A DNA stretch of 64,000 bases, from positions 81,904,001 to 81,968,000 of the forward strand of contig NC_045697.1 of NCBI RefSeq assembly GCF_009834535.1. Direction: 5' to 3'. A model generated the notes under the pieces. The model was not told the origin of the DNA. It was given only the letters and a program-made list of their open reading frames with translations, and ran no database searches. Both the position numbers and the translations under genes were made by a program. This document shows positions 50,770-64,000 of the stretch, one piece after another. How positions within the stretch are numbered: position 1 is the stretch's first letter; each line of letters opens with the position of its first letter. The stretch is from Camelus ferus (Eukaryota).

Positions 50770-53650
50770 AAAATATTCCAAAAAGATGACCCCAGTGCAG
50801 TTGAACCATTAAGGAACTGTTCCCAGGAGAAAACAGTTTAAGACTAGAGGAAACAAAACAAGGAATGTGAAGAAACAGAGCAAGGGTGTGATATGTGATA
50901 GAGTTCTGTAATGGGTAGTTTCATTTGCATCCCATAGTGGATATATGCAATATAAGTTATAGCTCACAGTTGTCTAAAATGTAGGTACATTGTGCATATT
51001 ATAAAATAACTTTGATCTCGTCAATCATTTGTTAAAGGACATTAAGAAGGATTTTTAAAGTGCTTCCAACTTTAAGCAAGTCCTTGAACAAAAACAAATC
51101 ATTAACCACTGCTCTTATGTCACTGCCCTCTCTACCAAGTAGATGACCACTAACATTTTCTGTATTCAGAGTACTTTTTCTTACTACTGTCTTTAGATGT
51201 TGTCCCTTAATGGAGCTGTAGAATAGTAACAATCCAGTTTGGGCTTGTACTAACATACAAAATTGACTTACTAGGAAAATAGCCAGACTTTTTTTCCTAC
51301 TTTCTCAACTAGTTATAGAGACACTCCCATCAGTGCAAACTGAGGGTGAACATTAGCAGAAACAGTTGTAGGTGGTGTGGGATTTGGGTCATCTGAAGTC
51401 TCCTTGGAATTGTTAGGGCCAGTGAGATCTCAGATGCACCACTATGATAGTAGCCAGCCCTATGATAACTCTGGTCACATTGTCATTTGATGTGCAGTTC
51501 CCTATAGTAGACTCTGTGATCCTCTTATAGTTTCCTTTCTTGCTTCAGAATTTACTAGATCATATAGTTAACGTGGCAGTGCCACTCTAGCAGTGTCTGC
51601 TACAGAACCCTTTCTTGGACAGATTTAAAAGAAGCATAACCTTCCACCAATAAATGAGGCAGAATATGGATTCCCATGTTATTATATTCTTCCTAAAACA
51701 CCCAAAGTGTCCAAAAATAATCTTAGGCACACTTTCTTAGTGTTAGAAAGTTAGTGTTTCAATGATTGTCCTTACCTTGGAGGAAATAGACTACCATTCC
51801 CTAGACCACCAGATCAATACAAACTTTATCAATGTAACAGGATCCTGCATTTTTTGTAGGGTTTATTTCTGTCATCTATATTGTGTCTTACGAAAAAAAT
51901 GTTATATGAAATACATCTAAGCTCCTATTTTTAATTAACATAATGTCATCAATATAATGGTTTAATAACACTCAACAAAATGCCTAGACAATTAAATTCT
52001 GTTCAGATTTTATTGTGACAGAAAGTGAGAGAGTTAACATAGCCATGCAGTAACAGCACAAAGGAAAAAAAATTGTCAGTTCTAGGAGAATGCACACTGG
52101 TTTGATTCTCCTTGGTGAGGGTACTGGGGAAAAAATCTTCGAGATTAGCAGTATCACACCAATTACTTTACTAGAGTCTATGTTGATTTGTTCTAGGAAG
52201 GCACCCACAACACAATTTTTTTTATGTGCAATAATATGATATAACTGTATTTCAACATAGGTGCCTGTATTGTTAAATAAACTGAAGAATAAGAGAGACC
52301 ATAATTTCTGTATCCTATAATCAGAAAATTACATTAATCTAATTTCTGTTACTCCTCCTAGGACACAGTATTTTTCTTGATTTCCTATTTGTATGTGTTT
52401 GCTGTGGCTGCAAGTAGGCTGGTTCATGTTCCTCCACTTTGCTTTTGCCACCATGACAGCTCTTACTCCATAAGATAAAGAGCCAGTGTAAGGTGTCGGT
52501 AGCTGCTAGGTATTTCAAATCCAGTGATGCCTTTAAGAAACAGAGATTTAATGTTGCATGTGTTTATGCCCCTATTTGATCCACTATAAGATATCCAGGA
52601 CCAGGATTCCATTTTTTAAAAAATCTATGCCCCACTCTAACAGTGTCCACTGTTAGCTCAGACTCTAGATCTTAGAATCCCTATTGCACCAATGTGAAGT
52701 CTAAAAATTGTCGTTTGGAGAAGACCTGAAACAGTTGCTAAACTTATCCTTGACATTGCAGATTCCTCCAGGGAAGATTTGACCTCTTCTTTAATTAGTG
52801 TGTTTTGTGTCTAGAACTGGCTATGATACGGAAAATGAATGAAAGATTTTGACTTTTCTTTGGGGCAGCTGACATGACCCTTCTGCTTCTCCTAACATGA
52901 TTTTTTTTATTATGTAAAAATTAGTAGTCTTTTGAGCAAACCCACTATCTTACACCAAAAAGATATATCTACAACCCAAAACTCAGGGTCATACTTTTTT
53001 CCTAATGGGGCTCTAACTTTAGTGTAGAATTTTTTCCAACATGTGAATTGTGATTTTAACCTTTCAGAAGTTCTTCTATTTTTACAATCAAATCCCAGAA
53101 CTGGTCTTCACGCAGTCTGCCTTCTGGAAACAGAAAATATAGGTCTTCTGATTATCACATTTAATTTGGATAATGGTTTAGTTGAACCTGTCATTTTCCT
53201 CAACACAACATTGTTCTTCCCACATCCACTCAATTCCACAGTTCCTATGATTAGCATGCTTCACATCCCTCAAATGCTAAGAGTGTAAATCAATAACATT
53301 CCTACTACTTACTTCACATCCCAATTAACCACACTTAAGGTCTTATCATTTGTAGTACAGTGTGCTGGAACTAACATCATTCTACTTAACCATCAAAAAT
53401 GTGGTTCCTGTTGTCATCTGGATAAATACTGATCAAAATAGAAAATCTTAATGTTCACTTCCTAAACCATTTTCAGTGTTTTTATGTCAGATTCCCTCAA
53501 ATGACTTCTTAAGGATGTGATATCACTGAAAAACAGTAGGTGGTGGTAATAGGAGGAAAGCAAAATGAGTAAGTTGAACAATGGAATGATCTCAGAGGAT
53601 AGCTTCAGCCTGATCCTGTAGAGGAGTAGTGAAGTATGGCAAGTGGTGTA
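50770..53650 (-). mobile_element. ERVL proviral relic with RT domain and LTR-like pieces at both ends
   Basis: Minus strand gives GYVNSLTFCHN (about 52012-52044), LNHYIDDIMLI (51933-51965, YxDD catalytic motif) and EINPTK (about 51852-51869). LTR16-like segments at about 50770-50950 and 53480-53650. Confidence 0.82.
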
Positions 53651-54179
53651 TCTATGATATAGACATACAGAAGAGAAAGTAAGAACTAAGCCTACCTGAA
53701 ACTTTGCCTGAGAAATCCTTTAAAATTTTAAATTAAATATCATATAACAGTATCTTTGTCTTTAATAAATAGCCTATTAAAAATGCAGCTTGTGTTTCCC
53801 AAGCATGTGCAATTTCCTTAAACCAAAGATAACCACTGACATCAGTATGTGTTTATAATTATCATTACAATTCATTACTTTATATTTGTACAAGCTTTGC
53901 TTCTATCACTAAGCAAACATATAATACAGCTTAACAACTGAGAAAACTGTATTTTGGTTGCCTCCTTCTGGAATCTGGCATACAAAGTATGTGTATTTCT
54001 GAACCAGGGGCTCTAAGGTATGTTTTAAAAAAAAAGAGGATGATAGATTATACTCTCTCTCCTAGGCCCTTCTAGTGAAGTAAGAAGCTCCAGGAATCAA
54101 TCTGTTCATCAAAAATAAGTATTGAAATGGCATGATATATCAAATTAACTATTCCAGAACTCTAGAGTATAGTTGAATT

Positions 54180-55390
54180 TTGGTCTCCACGGAAGAGTTT
54201 GATGAGGAAAGAGGCTGGAATATTCCACTGAATTATGGTATTTCCCATTACAGCTACCATCACACACCCACTCTCCCAGCCCCACGTAGGTAGCTGCGGA
54301 GATGCTGTTCCACATTTTGGTGTGGCCTGCTAGTGATAAACTGGGAAATAAGGCCTTTATATTCTGGATTATGTTTGTATATTTTGATCAACCTGGTGGT
54401 ACACAGTCTGTTCATTGTTTCAACTCCTTCAGGCGTCAGTGACTTTCCTGAAAGGCATCTGTTAAAGTATTTAAAGAGAGAGGATCACTTTTTTCTTTTT
54501 CACTTTTATTATCGATACCAGACATTTAAGGAATTGGTCAGGTCACTGGCTGACTGTGGAGATAATGGAACAGACTTCAGTGCTCATACACAACAAGGAA
54601 TATAGTTCTTGCAAAACTAGTTTGAAAACTCACTAAACAGATGGATGACAAAATGCTTCCACCAAGAGTATCATCAATTCCTAGGGAAGGAGAATAATTT
54701 GAATTCCACACTTACCACACATAGCACTCAAAATGTCCGATTCTCAACAACAAAAAATTACAAATTGTACAAAGAAACAGAAGTATAGCTCATTTACCAA
54801 AAAAAGTCAAAATTCAACAGAACAAAAATTTCCTGAGGATGTCCAGACATTGGGCAGATAAGAAGAAGACTTTAAATTAGCTGTCTTAAATATGCTCAAA
54901 GAGCTGAAGGAAAGCATGAACAAATAATGATAGGCAATCAAAACAATAATGCCTGAACAGGTAGAGAATGCCAAGAAAGAGAAATTCTAAAAAAGGAACT
55001 AAATAGAAATTCTGGAACTGAAAAGTACAATGTCTGGAATATAAAATTCATTAGTGAGATTGAACAGCAGATTTAAGCAAGCAAAAGAAAGAATGAATTT
55101 GGTGACAGAGCCATTGAAATGACCAATCTGAGATTCATAAAGAACAAAGAATGAAGAAAAAAGACTAGAGCCTAAAAGACCTAATTGATACCATCAAAGA
55201 AGAAAAAAGAAAGAAAGAATGGCAAAATACTTCTCAAATTGATGAAATATATGAATCTATACAGCCAAGAAGTTCAGTGAACTCCAAGCAGGATAAGCTC
55301 AAAGAGATCCCAACCAAGACACATTATAATTATACTGTTAAAAACCAAAACTAGGGAAAAATTCAAAAAAGCAGCAAGATAAAAGTAACA
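54180..55390 (+). mobile_element. Old LINE-1 5'UTR/ORF1 fragment
   Basis: 'gactttaaattagctgtcttaaatatgctcaaagagctgaagg', 'aaatagaaattctggaactgaaaagtacaat', 'gaagttcagtgaactccaagcaggataa...ccaagacacattataat'. Confidence 0.88.
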
Positions 55391-55519
55391 TGAAAAATGC
55401 AACCAATATTTTTAATGTTCCGTTTGAATCTAGTGAAATTATTAAATTCACCTGTTTGATTCAATACCTTTTTTGTAGATTTTTTTGTGTGTTCTGGTTA
55501 AACAGTGTCAAAATTTGCT

Positions 55520-56010
55520 TGTATGTCTACAGTTTTTGCAGGGCATGGTAGGTTGTTGCTGTTCCTCTCAGTATTATCTGGGGTGACTTAAATGCTAGTC
55601 ACTAGAATCATCTTAAGTCTTGCTTACACACGTCTAATTTTTGGTTGATCCATTTTGGCCGTTGAGATCTTAGCTAAAGACATTAGTGAGACACATGGTT
55701 GTTCTAAATGTGGCTGAACTCTCTCCCACGGTGGCTAGGTTCAAAGCACTAGCATAACAAGAGAGAGCAATGTGGAAGGCATGTTACTTTTAAAAGATTT
55801 AGCTTCAGAAAAATCAAAAGCATCACTTTGATTGCATTCTACTCATTTTATTGAATTGCATTCATGGAAGCAGCAGTAAAAGCCCATCAGATTTCAATGG
55901 AAGGAGTGAAAAAGACTTTTCCTCTTGACTAAGAGTAGCAAGCATGGGAAAGCTACTGTAGTTGAGGAAATCCTGTTGTCTCCATTGTTGAAAAACACCA
56001 TCTAGAACAC
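55520..56010 (-). mobile_element. MaLR MLT1 LTR (diverged)
   Basis: 'gcagggcatggtagg...ctcagtattatctgggg', 'ggtggctaggttcaaag', 'cagatttcaatggaagg'. Confidence 0.65.
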
Positions 56011-56504
56011 TTATGAATTTCCACATACATATTTATATTATCTGGGATCAAGAAGAGTGTTAATTCTTCCTTTCTAAACTATTCATATTTTTAAGAAGCA
56101 TTACTTGCCCTTTGTACTCGATACACCCTTAAGCACAAAACCTGTTTTTAGACACATGGAAAATTAGTAGTACTGAAGGAAGACATTCCTTATAAGGAGG
56201 GCATTGTTTAATATAGCAACCATGGATGCAAACGTATATTTACTGAATAGAACCCATGATATCTATAGAATGCCTCTTTTGAAGTTTATCAAAGTGTGTT
56301 TTAAATTATCAGAAATGCAAAACAGAGAAAGAGATTAATTGAAGAGTTTAAAACTTAGTTTAGATATGTAAATATCTATGTGTCATCCATAAAAAATTAG
56401 ACAAAATATTCTTCGGGCAATATACTATAAAGACTCTTCTTGTCTGAGCTTTGGAAAGAGTTCAAATAATTGAGATATTGTAAGTTTGAGACCTTTTGTC
56501 GTTA

Positions 56505-56860
56505 TATCATGTTATTGAGGTATTTGATTGAGGAACAAATTCAGTCTTTTTAGGAGTACCTTTGGATGTTTTGACAAATACACGTATAATCCTTTAGTCA
56601 GATACCGATCAATATATACAATGTTTCTATCACTGCAAACAGATCCTTCATGCACACTAGCTGTTATTCACCTCCCTCTCACCACCCAGCCCCTGAGACC
56701 ACTAATTTTATTTCTATCCCTACAGTATTATAATTCTAAAACGTCATAGAAATGGATTTGTATAGTATGTTATCATTTGTATCTGGCTTATTTTGCTTTG
56801 CCTAGTTCATTTGTTTTTATTGCTAATATTTATTATATAGATCCACTGTTTATTTGATTA
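56505..56860 (-). mobile_element. Old LINE-1 3'UTR (host of a nested insertion)
   Basis: 'ttattgaggtatttgattg...tttgacaaatac...cccagcccctgagaccactaat...atagaaatggat'. Confidence 0.78.
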
Positions 56861-56867
56861 TGTAATT

Positions 56868-56958
56868 ATTTTTAATAATATACTTTATTTAATCCAGTAT
56901 ATCCAAAATAGTATCATTTTAACATGTAGGCAATATAAAACAGTATGACTGGGATTTT
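56868..56958. mobile_element. Internal fragment of a MER33-like hAT-Charlie element
   Basis: 'ttttaataatatactttatttaatccagtatatccaaaatagtatcattttaacatgta'. No terminal inverted repeats present. Confidence 0.6.
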
Positions 56959-57183
56959 TTTTTCTGTATACACATATATTTTTATTGAAGTATAGTCAAT
57001 TTACAATGTATACATTTCTGGTGTACAGCATAATGCTTTAATCATACATGAGCATGCATATATTCATTTTCATATTCTTTTTCACCATAACTTACTACAA
57101 GATACTGAATATAGTTCCCTGAGCTATACAATATGAACTTGTTGTTTATCTATTTTCTGTGTAGTAGTTAGTGTCTGCAAATC
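56955..57183 (-). mobile_element. Young (camelid-type) L1 3' end
   Basis: 'tttttattgaagtatagtcaatttacaatg...tttctggtgtacagcataatgc...gaatatagttccctgagctatac...gtctgcaaatc'. Same family type as 5487-5604. Confidence 0.88.
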
Positions 57184-59880
57184 CATTTTGGTCATTTTCA
57201 GTTTTAGAAAATTATAGCTAGTAGAAATTCATGAACATTTTCTATGACTTTGAGTGAATAAACTCTTCCCCCCCCCACCTCGGGTAGATACCTAGATGTA
57301 TAATTGCTAAGACATAACATCTTTTTAACCATAAGGCAGAAGTGTATGTTTAAACTCATGAATACTTAATAAATTGTTTTTTTAACTGGCTGTAAAATTG
57401 GATTTTTCTTTTTAAAAATTGTGGTTGATGTTTCTTTACATATTCTAGATATGAGTCCTTTGTAAATTTTTGGTTTGCAAGTATTTGTACCTGTCATTTC
57501 ATCTTCTTACATACGCTTTTAAAGAACAAAACTGTTTCATTTTGATGTGGTAGAATTTAGAATATATTTCCTTTTATGGACAGTTCTTTAGTTGTCATAG
57601 CTAAGAACTTTTTACCATACCTTAGGTTCTAACGCTTTTTTGTGACGTTACCTTCTAAAAGTTTTATATGTTTATATTTTATATTTAAGTCTATATACCA
57701 TTTTTAGTTTTATAATACAAGATTTGAGGTTTAAGTAAGGGTACATTTATTTTTTCAGTCAATAGATACTCAGTTAATATAGCACCATTTGTTGAAAATA
57801 CTATCCCCTATCTATTGGATTGCTTTTGCACCTTGGTCAAAGTTAGTTGACTGTACTAGAGTAGAACTATTTCTGGCTTCTTTATTCTGTTTTATTAATC
57901 TATGTGTGTATCTCTTCCCCAGTAATAAAATCTGATTACTATACTATGTCTTCAATTCATGAAGACTTGTTCCTCCCACTGTGTTCTTCTTTTTCAAAGT
58001 TGTATTAGCTGTTCAAGTTCCTTTGTCTTTCCCTGTTTACTTAGAACAATCTTGTCTATATCTGCAAAAATCTTGCTAAGATTTCCTTAAAAATTATCTT
58101 TAATCTGTGTCAATTTAGGGAGAATTGACATTTTTTTGTAGTGTAACCTTCTGATCCATGGACACAGCATGTCTCTCCATTTACTTATACCTTCCTAGAT
58201 TACTTCTATCAGTGTTTCATAGTTTTAGAATGCATCTTGTATGTATTTTATTAGATTCACACCTTAATATTTCATTTGTTTTGAGTATATTATAAATCCC
58301 TGCCTTGATCCTGATCTCAGAGGGGAAAGCATTATCTTTCACCATTAGGTATGATGTTAACTGCATGGTGTTTTAAGGTACTCTATTATCAGTTGAGAAT
58401 AGTCCTCTCTTTCTTGTTTTCTAAGATTTTTGTTAAAATAAATGTATGTTAAATTGTGTAAAATGCTTTTTGTTACAATGTCACTTTTAATTTTGATAAA
58501 TGTCGACCTATTTTATGTAGCTTATATTTTGTGTATTATTTAAAAAATCTTTGCGTATTTGAAGATCAGAAAACACTTCATGTTTTATCCTAGAAATTTG
58601 TATCATTTTAAGTTTTACATTTAAATAAATGATCATATTTTAGGTAATATATATGTGTTAAGTGAGATATTAGTTGAGATCCATTTTTAAATGTACAGAG
58701 ATCCAATTGTTCTAATATCATTTGTGAAAATAGCTATTTTCTCCATTAAGTTATCTTGACAGCTTTTATGAAAAGCAATTGTCTCTATAAATGTGGCTTC
58801 TATTTCAGTACATTCAGTTCTGTTTCATATTGGTTTGACTGTACCTCTATAGTAAGTCTTAAAATAAGTACTCAGTATTTATACTTTATAAGAAACTGAC
58901 AAACTATTTTGTTTCTAGATTACCAAAGCAGAATTGTTAACTTAATTGTTCTTTTTAGAGATTATTTTAATTATTGTAGTTCTTTTGCTTTTTTAAATAC
59001 ATTTTAGAATTAACTTACTGCTTTGTACAAAAAATGCTTCATGGATTTTGAATAGGATTACATCAGTGTTGATTTTTATCAATTAAACTTTTCAAAGATA
59101 CAGATTTTGGTTTCCTTGATTTTCTTTATAATTTTTCCATTCTGAATCATGTTGATTTTATTCTTTGATGCCCTTCCTTCTTTCTTTGACTGTAACCTGT
59201 TATTATATTACTGTTTTTTCCTGTGGCAAATTAGATGATTGATTTGAATCATTTCTCTTCTTCTTATAGAACCACTTATTGCTATACATTTCCCTCTAAG
59301 TATCTCTTTAGTTGCATTGCATATCACAAAACTTACTATATTTAATTTTCATGCAATTCAAAATAATCTGTAATATTTCTTGTGACTTTCTTTGAGTTTC
59401 TAATATACTCCAAGTGTTTTTTTGAGTTGATTTGTTTAATTATGAACTATTTGGGATTATTTCATATATCTTTCTCATATTGATTTCTAGCTAATTTCCA
59501 TCATGTTCTGGAAACTTAGTTTGCATGATTCAATTTTTTAAATTTGTTAAGGTTTCTTTTGTGGCCCCAAATATGGTTTCTTAGTGAATGCTGTTGTTGA
59601 TGTGTTTTATAACTGTTAGTTAGGTCAAGTGTAATAATGTGTTTATTTCATTTATATACTTATTGATTTTTTGCCTACGTGTTCTGTTAGTAAAAAGGTA
59701 TGTTAATTTCCAGCTATAATTATGGATTTGATTTTCTTTTCAATTTTAACAGTTTTTGTTTCTTGTACTTTGTAATTCTATGCTGTAGGTACATTCACAT
59801 TTAGGAGTTAGGTTTTCTTGTTGAATTGACTCCACAGTATTTATTTCTCCTCTTTATCCTTCATAATATATATTTTTCTA
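57184..59880 (-). mobile_element. Mosaic of old LINE-1 ORF2 fragments
   Basis: 'agcaccatttgttgaaaatactatcc', 'tttaggggagaattgacat'-like, 'cctgatctcagaggggaaagc', 'gctatacatttccctctaagta' (EN region). Confidence 0.82.
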
Positions 59881-60719
59881 AGTGAGTTTGAAGTTTAATC
59901 CCTGGATACACTACCAATATAGTAAATGTGTACGAAATAATCATTACATGGTTATCATTTTCTCAATAATGCTTTTGTTTTAACTTTTGACCGCTGACAA
60001 TTTTAGTTGTTCAATCACTAAGGACATACTAATTGTGAATTTTTTTTCAAAATTCAATGTTAACAGTTTTTCTGAAATAGTTTTCTATACGTACATTATT
60101 CTTGGGTAATTGACCTCTTTATAAGCGTCAATTGTCTTATATAGTAACATGGTACATCTCTCCTTTCTTGCAAGTCTTTGTTTAAATATTTTATTCATTG
60201 TTTTACTCTCTTTATATAGCTGACACATCTTTTGAAAATTTGGTTGCTTTTGCATCATCTAATGAAATTTTTGCCTTATTTTTAAATAAGCTATTGCTTA
60301 AATGTTTACAATTTCTCAACTTTCATGTTATAAACATTTATATTACTGATGTTTTTGTTGTATTTTTTTCCTGCGGTTATGATTCTCAGATGTTCTACAA
60401 AATTTCAAGTGTTGATATTTTCTTTTCCTTTTTTAATGACCAAATTTTTTTCCAGAAATTATTAAATGATTATAGTCAGGTAAGTAACTTACTCTTTTAA
60501 TTATTTTTACTGAAATTATATATTATAAAATGAACAATGAGTTAGAGATATCCCTTAATGAAGCATTCTTAAATTCCTTATTTGAATCTCTCTATTCTTA
60601 ATATTTATATATTATGTCCCATGATGTAGTTCAAAGAAGTTGATTTAAATTTTAACAAATACTTTTCCAGTTTTCTTACTTTAATTTTTTCATTGTTTCT
60701 CTACTGCTAAATACTACTT

Positions 60720-61240
60720 TTGGTCATGTATGTCCTTTATTATGTTCCCTCTATGCACACTTTGTTGAGAGGTTTTTATAAACAGGGGTTGAATTTTGTT
60801 TAATGCACCTACTGAGATGATTATATGAATTTAATCCTTCATTTTGTTAATGTGGTGTGTCAGATTGATTGATTTTGCACATGTTGAACCATCTTTGCAT
60901 CCCTGGAATAAATCCCACTTGATCATGGTGTGTGATCCTCTTATTGTATTGTTAAATTTTGTATGCAAATATTTTGATTGAGGATTTTTGCACTTACATA
61001 CCTCAATGATACTGGCCTATAATTTTCTTCTCTGGTTTTGTTCTTGTCTGGTTTCAGTATCAGGGTAAAGTTGGCATTGTAAAATAGGTTTGGAAGTGTT
61101 CCCTCCACCTGTATTTTTTTGGAAGAGTTTGAGAAGGATTGGTATTCTTTGAGTGGTAAAATTTATCAGTCTGTCTAGTCCTGGACTTTTGTTTATTGTA
61201 AAGTTTTTGACATGTGACCAATCTCTTTACCAGTAATCTA
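60720..61240 (-). mobile_element. LINE-1 ORF2 fragment (RT N-terminal part)
   Basis: 'gaaccatctttgcatccctggaataaatcccacttgatcatggtg' (antisense [12 protein letters not shown]), 'ttggaagagtttgagaaggattgg'. Confidence 0.92.
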
Positions 61241-63534
61241 TTTTTTGTTCTTTGGATAACTTTTATTTTACTCTATAGTGAGTTAGCCATAGCATGTAAC
61301 ATACTGATAAAATAGCTAGTATATTAATTGTCAGTACTATATCTGCAGCCATTCACAAGTGGTTTACACACAAGATTTTTAATTTTTTAAGTGAGTAATC
61401 AGGTTTGTACAATCAACATTTTATAATTTTATTCAATACATTATATTGTCTTTTGTTCTCTGGAATAATTTTCATAAGGAGGGTATGTTAATATGTTTAT
61501 GAATGTTGAAATCATTCATACTAAAAATAATGAGTTAAAGGATTTTAATATAATTCTTTCATATCTTACTTTGTTCACAGTTATTAGTCTATTAAGTTAT
61601 TTTATTCATAAAATTTTAGATATATCTATTTTTCTCTAGAAACTTGTCCATTTATCAAGATTTTCAAATTTAAAACATAGCGTTACTTTCTTTTTAAATT
61701 TTGTATATATATATCATACCTCTTGTTTATTTCTTATGTTCTCATACATATTTTTTTCTTAGACCTTAATATTTTTATAATTAAAAAAAATAGCAGTTTG
61801 TTTTTACATCCTCCTCTGCCTAAACACCCACAATGTTCTAACAAAATATATCCACATTTGGTGTTTGGATTCAAGTTACTTTTGGATATAAGTCAAGTTA
61901 CAATTTTTATATTTTCTTCTTGTACTCCTTCTGGTTTAACCAATATAAATGAAGCATTGTTTTGTTCTGTTTTGTTTTTAACTGTTTCACTCACATCATC
62001 TCATGTGATCATGTATAGAAAGACTTAATGTCCACATAAGTAACAATAGTGGTAAACTAAAATCAGAGTCCTGTGAGGCAAATACAGTGCTGTTTTAGTA
62101 AATTATATCATACAATACAGAAAAAGAAATGTGATTAGTAATGGCTAATACACTTTAAAGTCTAAAAAAGAACACATGTATCTTTTCTTTTAAAATGTGT
62201 AATTCCAAATTAAAATATGTAAGTCCAGATGAATATATTTGAATTCATAAATATGATAGTTTTACTTCTAAATGTCTAAAATTCAGCATTTGGATTATGC
62301 TGATGCCAATTTGTAAGTTATTCAGACAGAAACTACTTTTGGCTTTTGTCTAAAATACCCAGATGCTACAAGAAAACCAAGTCTTTGCCCTGAATTATCA
62401 AAGAACTTAGAGCTGTGTGTACTGGACCATAAAATCAATTAACAGATGTTTTTCCTCAGCTCAATAGTTCATTCTTATTTGCATTCAAAGTATTACATAT
62501 CCTGTTATACAGATGAGTCTTTTTCGATTACAAGAGGGAAAGTATTCATTAAAAAAAAAAAAAAGTACATCGGCTTTGAGCCTTTATTCCTTTTACTGTA
62601 AAAGCATTTCTTTTTCTATTAAAATAATGACTTCTCATATCTCCTATGATTTTGACCATTCACATAAGAATATAAGTTGAATGTTGATATCTAAATATGT
62701 TTTATTTTAGAAATTCCAGTTATATTTTAGAAAATATATTACAGCTTTCAGAAAGTTTAAAAGCAAATATTTTCATTAACTTTTTTTTTACCTCTTTCTC
62801 CAGCAGTTTAACTTTTACATTTACCAGGACTCATCAATTTTTAATGTTTTCTTTGTTTTATTATCATTTCTCACATTTTACCAATTTCTCCATTTCTCTC
62901 TCTCCCTCTCTCCTTTCATTTCAGACTATGGAAAAAGAGGTGAAAAAAACAACATTTTTTTCCACAATCAATCTAAATTTAAGGTTATTTTAATATATGC
63001 ACAATATAAATTGAGTGTATACTATGAGCAGAATTCAATAAAAACTACTACAACATATATAAAATTAGAAAATGTCATAATAAAATACATAAGAAAGCAA
63101 ATATATATGTAAGTATGGATATTTGCAAATAAAAAGTAAAATAATGATTTATGATATGTGATTGAAGGTTTCTTATCAAATACAGATATCTATGAAGGCT
63201 TTTAATAAACATCATATCTATGTCCATTATGTGACATTAAGTAATATTATTGAATGTCCATTCATATTTGAGGCATTGTAAAAGAAATTTTAAAAGACTA
63301 AATATTTAAGGGTTCACACACAGGCCTACTTAAGCAGGGATATTATGATTTATTATTAAAACTACTTGTATGGTAATTGGAATACTGACCTGAATTTCCC
63401 TTAATTAACTTTATAAATTTAAATATATTCAAGAGGGTTTTTGATGCAAGGAGGATAACCAATGTATAATGAAAAGCATAAACTTTTGTGGTGGGGCAAC
63501 TTGCATTGAGCCCTATCTTCAAAAACATAAAGCT

Positions 63535-63660
63535 TTTATAACCTTAAGCAAGATAACATCTCTTAGCTTCAGTTTCCTCATCTAGTAGGATTTTAATAAT
63601 ATATGTAGATAGCTCTTGGCATTAAAAATGTACAATATTTCTAAAGTGTTTGGGACCTTA
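63535..63660 (+). mobile_element. MIR SINE core
   Basis: 'accttaagcaagataacatctcttagcttcagtttcctcatct'. Confidence 0.7.
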
Positions 63661-64000
63661 TTTTTTCTCAGAATAGCATTTGTTATATGAAAAGAAAATA
63701 GTTCTCAAAGTAAATCCTTTACTAATAGTATGTATCTTTTATCTTTCTATTTCTCTTTACGTCATCAGAAAAGATTTATAAGATTTGTTTAAAATGCATA
63801 TCCAAAATGTTGGAATAATTAAAAAATCATGGGTTGCAGAACTTTTCAGAAATCATAGAAAAAATCGATTGATTTATGGAATAAATTTATAAAAAATAAA
63901 TAAACATAAAGTACATAATTTTCAGAAACATAAAAAATCGCTAGGTGAGAGACATACCTTTGTTCTTAGCAAGCATACATACAGATTTTACCAGTATTCT

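Noticed and set aside
106..63528. The short ORFs in the supplied track as genes
   Set aside because: All are 60-117 aa, many use non-ATG starts, and they are low-complexity or overlap decayed L1/LTR sequence. None resembles a cellular protein.
1..64000. CRISPR array, operon or other prokaryotic-style system; NUMT; non-retroviral endogenous virus
   Set aside because: No regularly spaced repeats, no long ORFs and no mitochondrial or viral motifs were seen. All RT, RNase H and integrase motifs found belong to known L1, ERV1 or ERVL classes.

Overview
AT-rich, CpG-poor mammalian nuclear DNA with no recognisable protein-coding gene, RNA gene or CpG island. It is most likely a gene desert or a very large intron. 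A tRNA-derived Vic-1-type SINE (23531-23657) and young L1 3' ends suggest a camelid (alpaca/llama/camel). No bovid, suid or CHR-type SINEs were seen. Much of the window is decayed transposable-element sequence: L1 fragments of several ages, L2, MIR, ERV1 solo LTRs, an internally deleted ERV1 remnant, two ERVL pol relics, MaLR/MLT and LTR16-type LTRs. The ORFs in the supplied track are spurious or broken L1/ERV frames. I found no new biological system. The most notable observations are: a 5'-inverted (twin-primed) L1 whose target-site duplication encloses extra 3' sequence; a second possible 3' transduction; an orphan L1 5'UTR; a strong minus-strand bias of LTR elements; and a motif-dense, repeat-free candidate enhancer at about 21.8-22.2 kb. 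Family names come from recalled consensus sequences, not a database search. Boundaries without a target-site duplication (TSD) are approximate.
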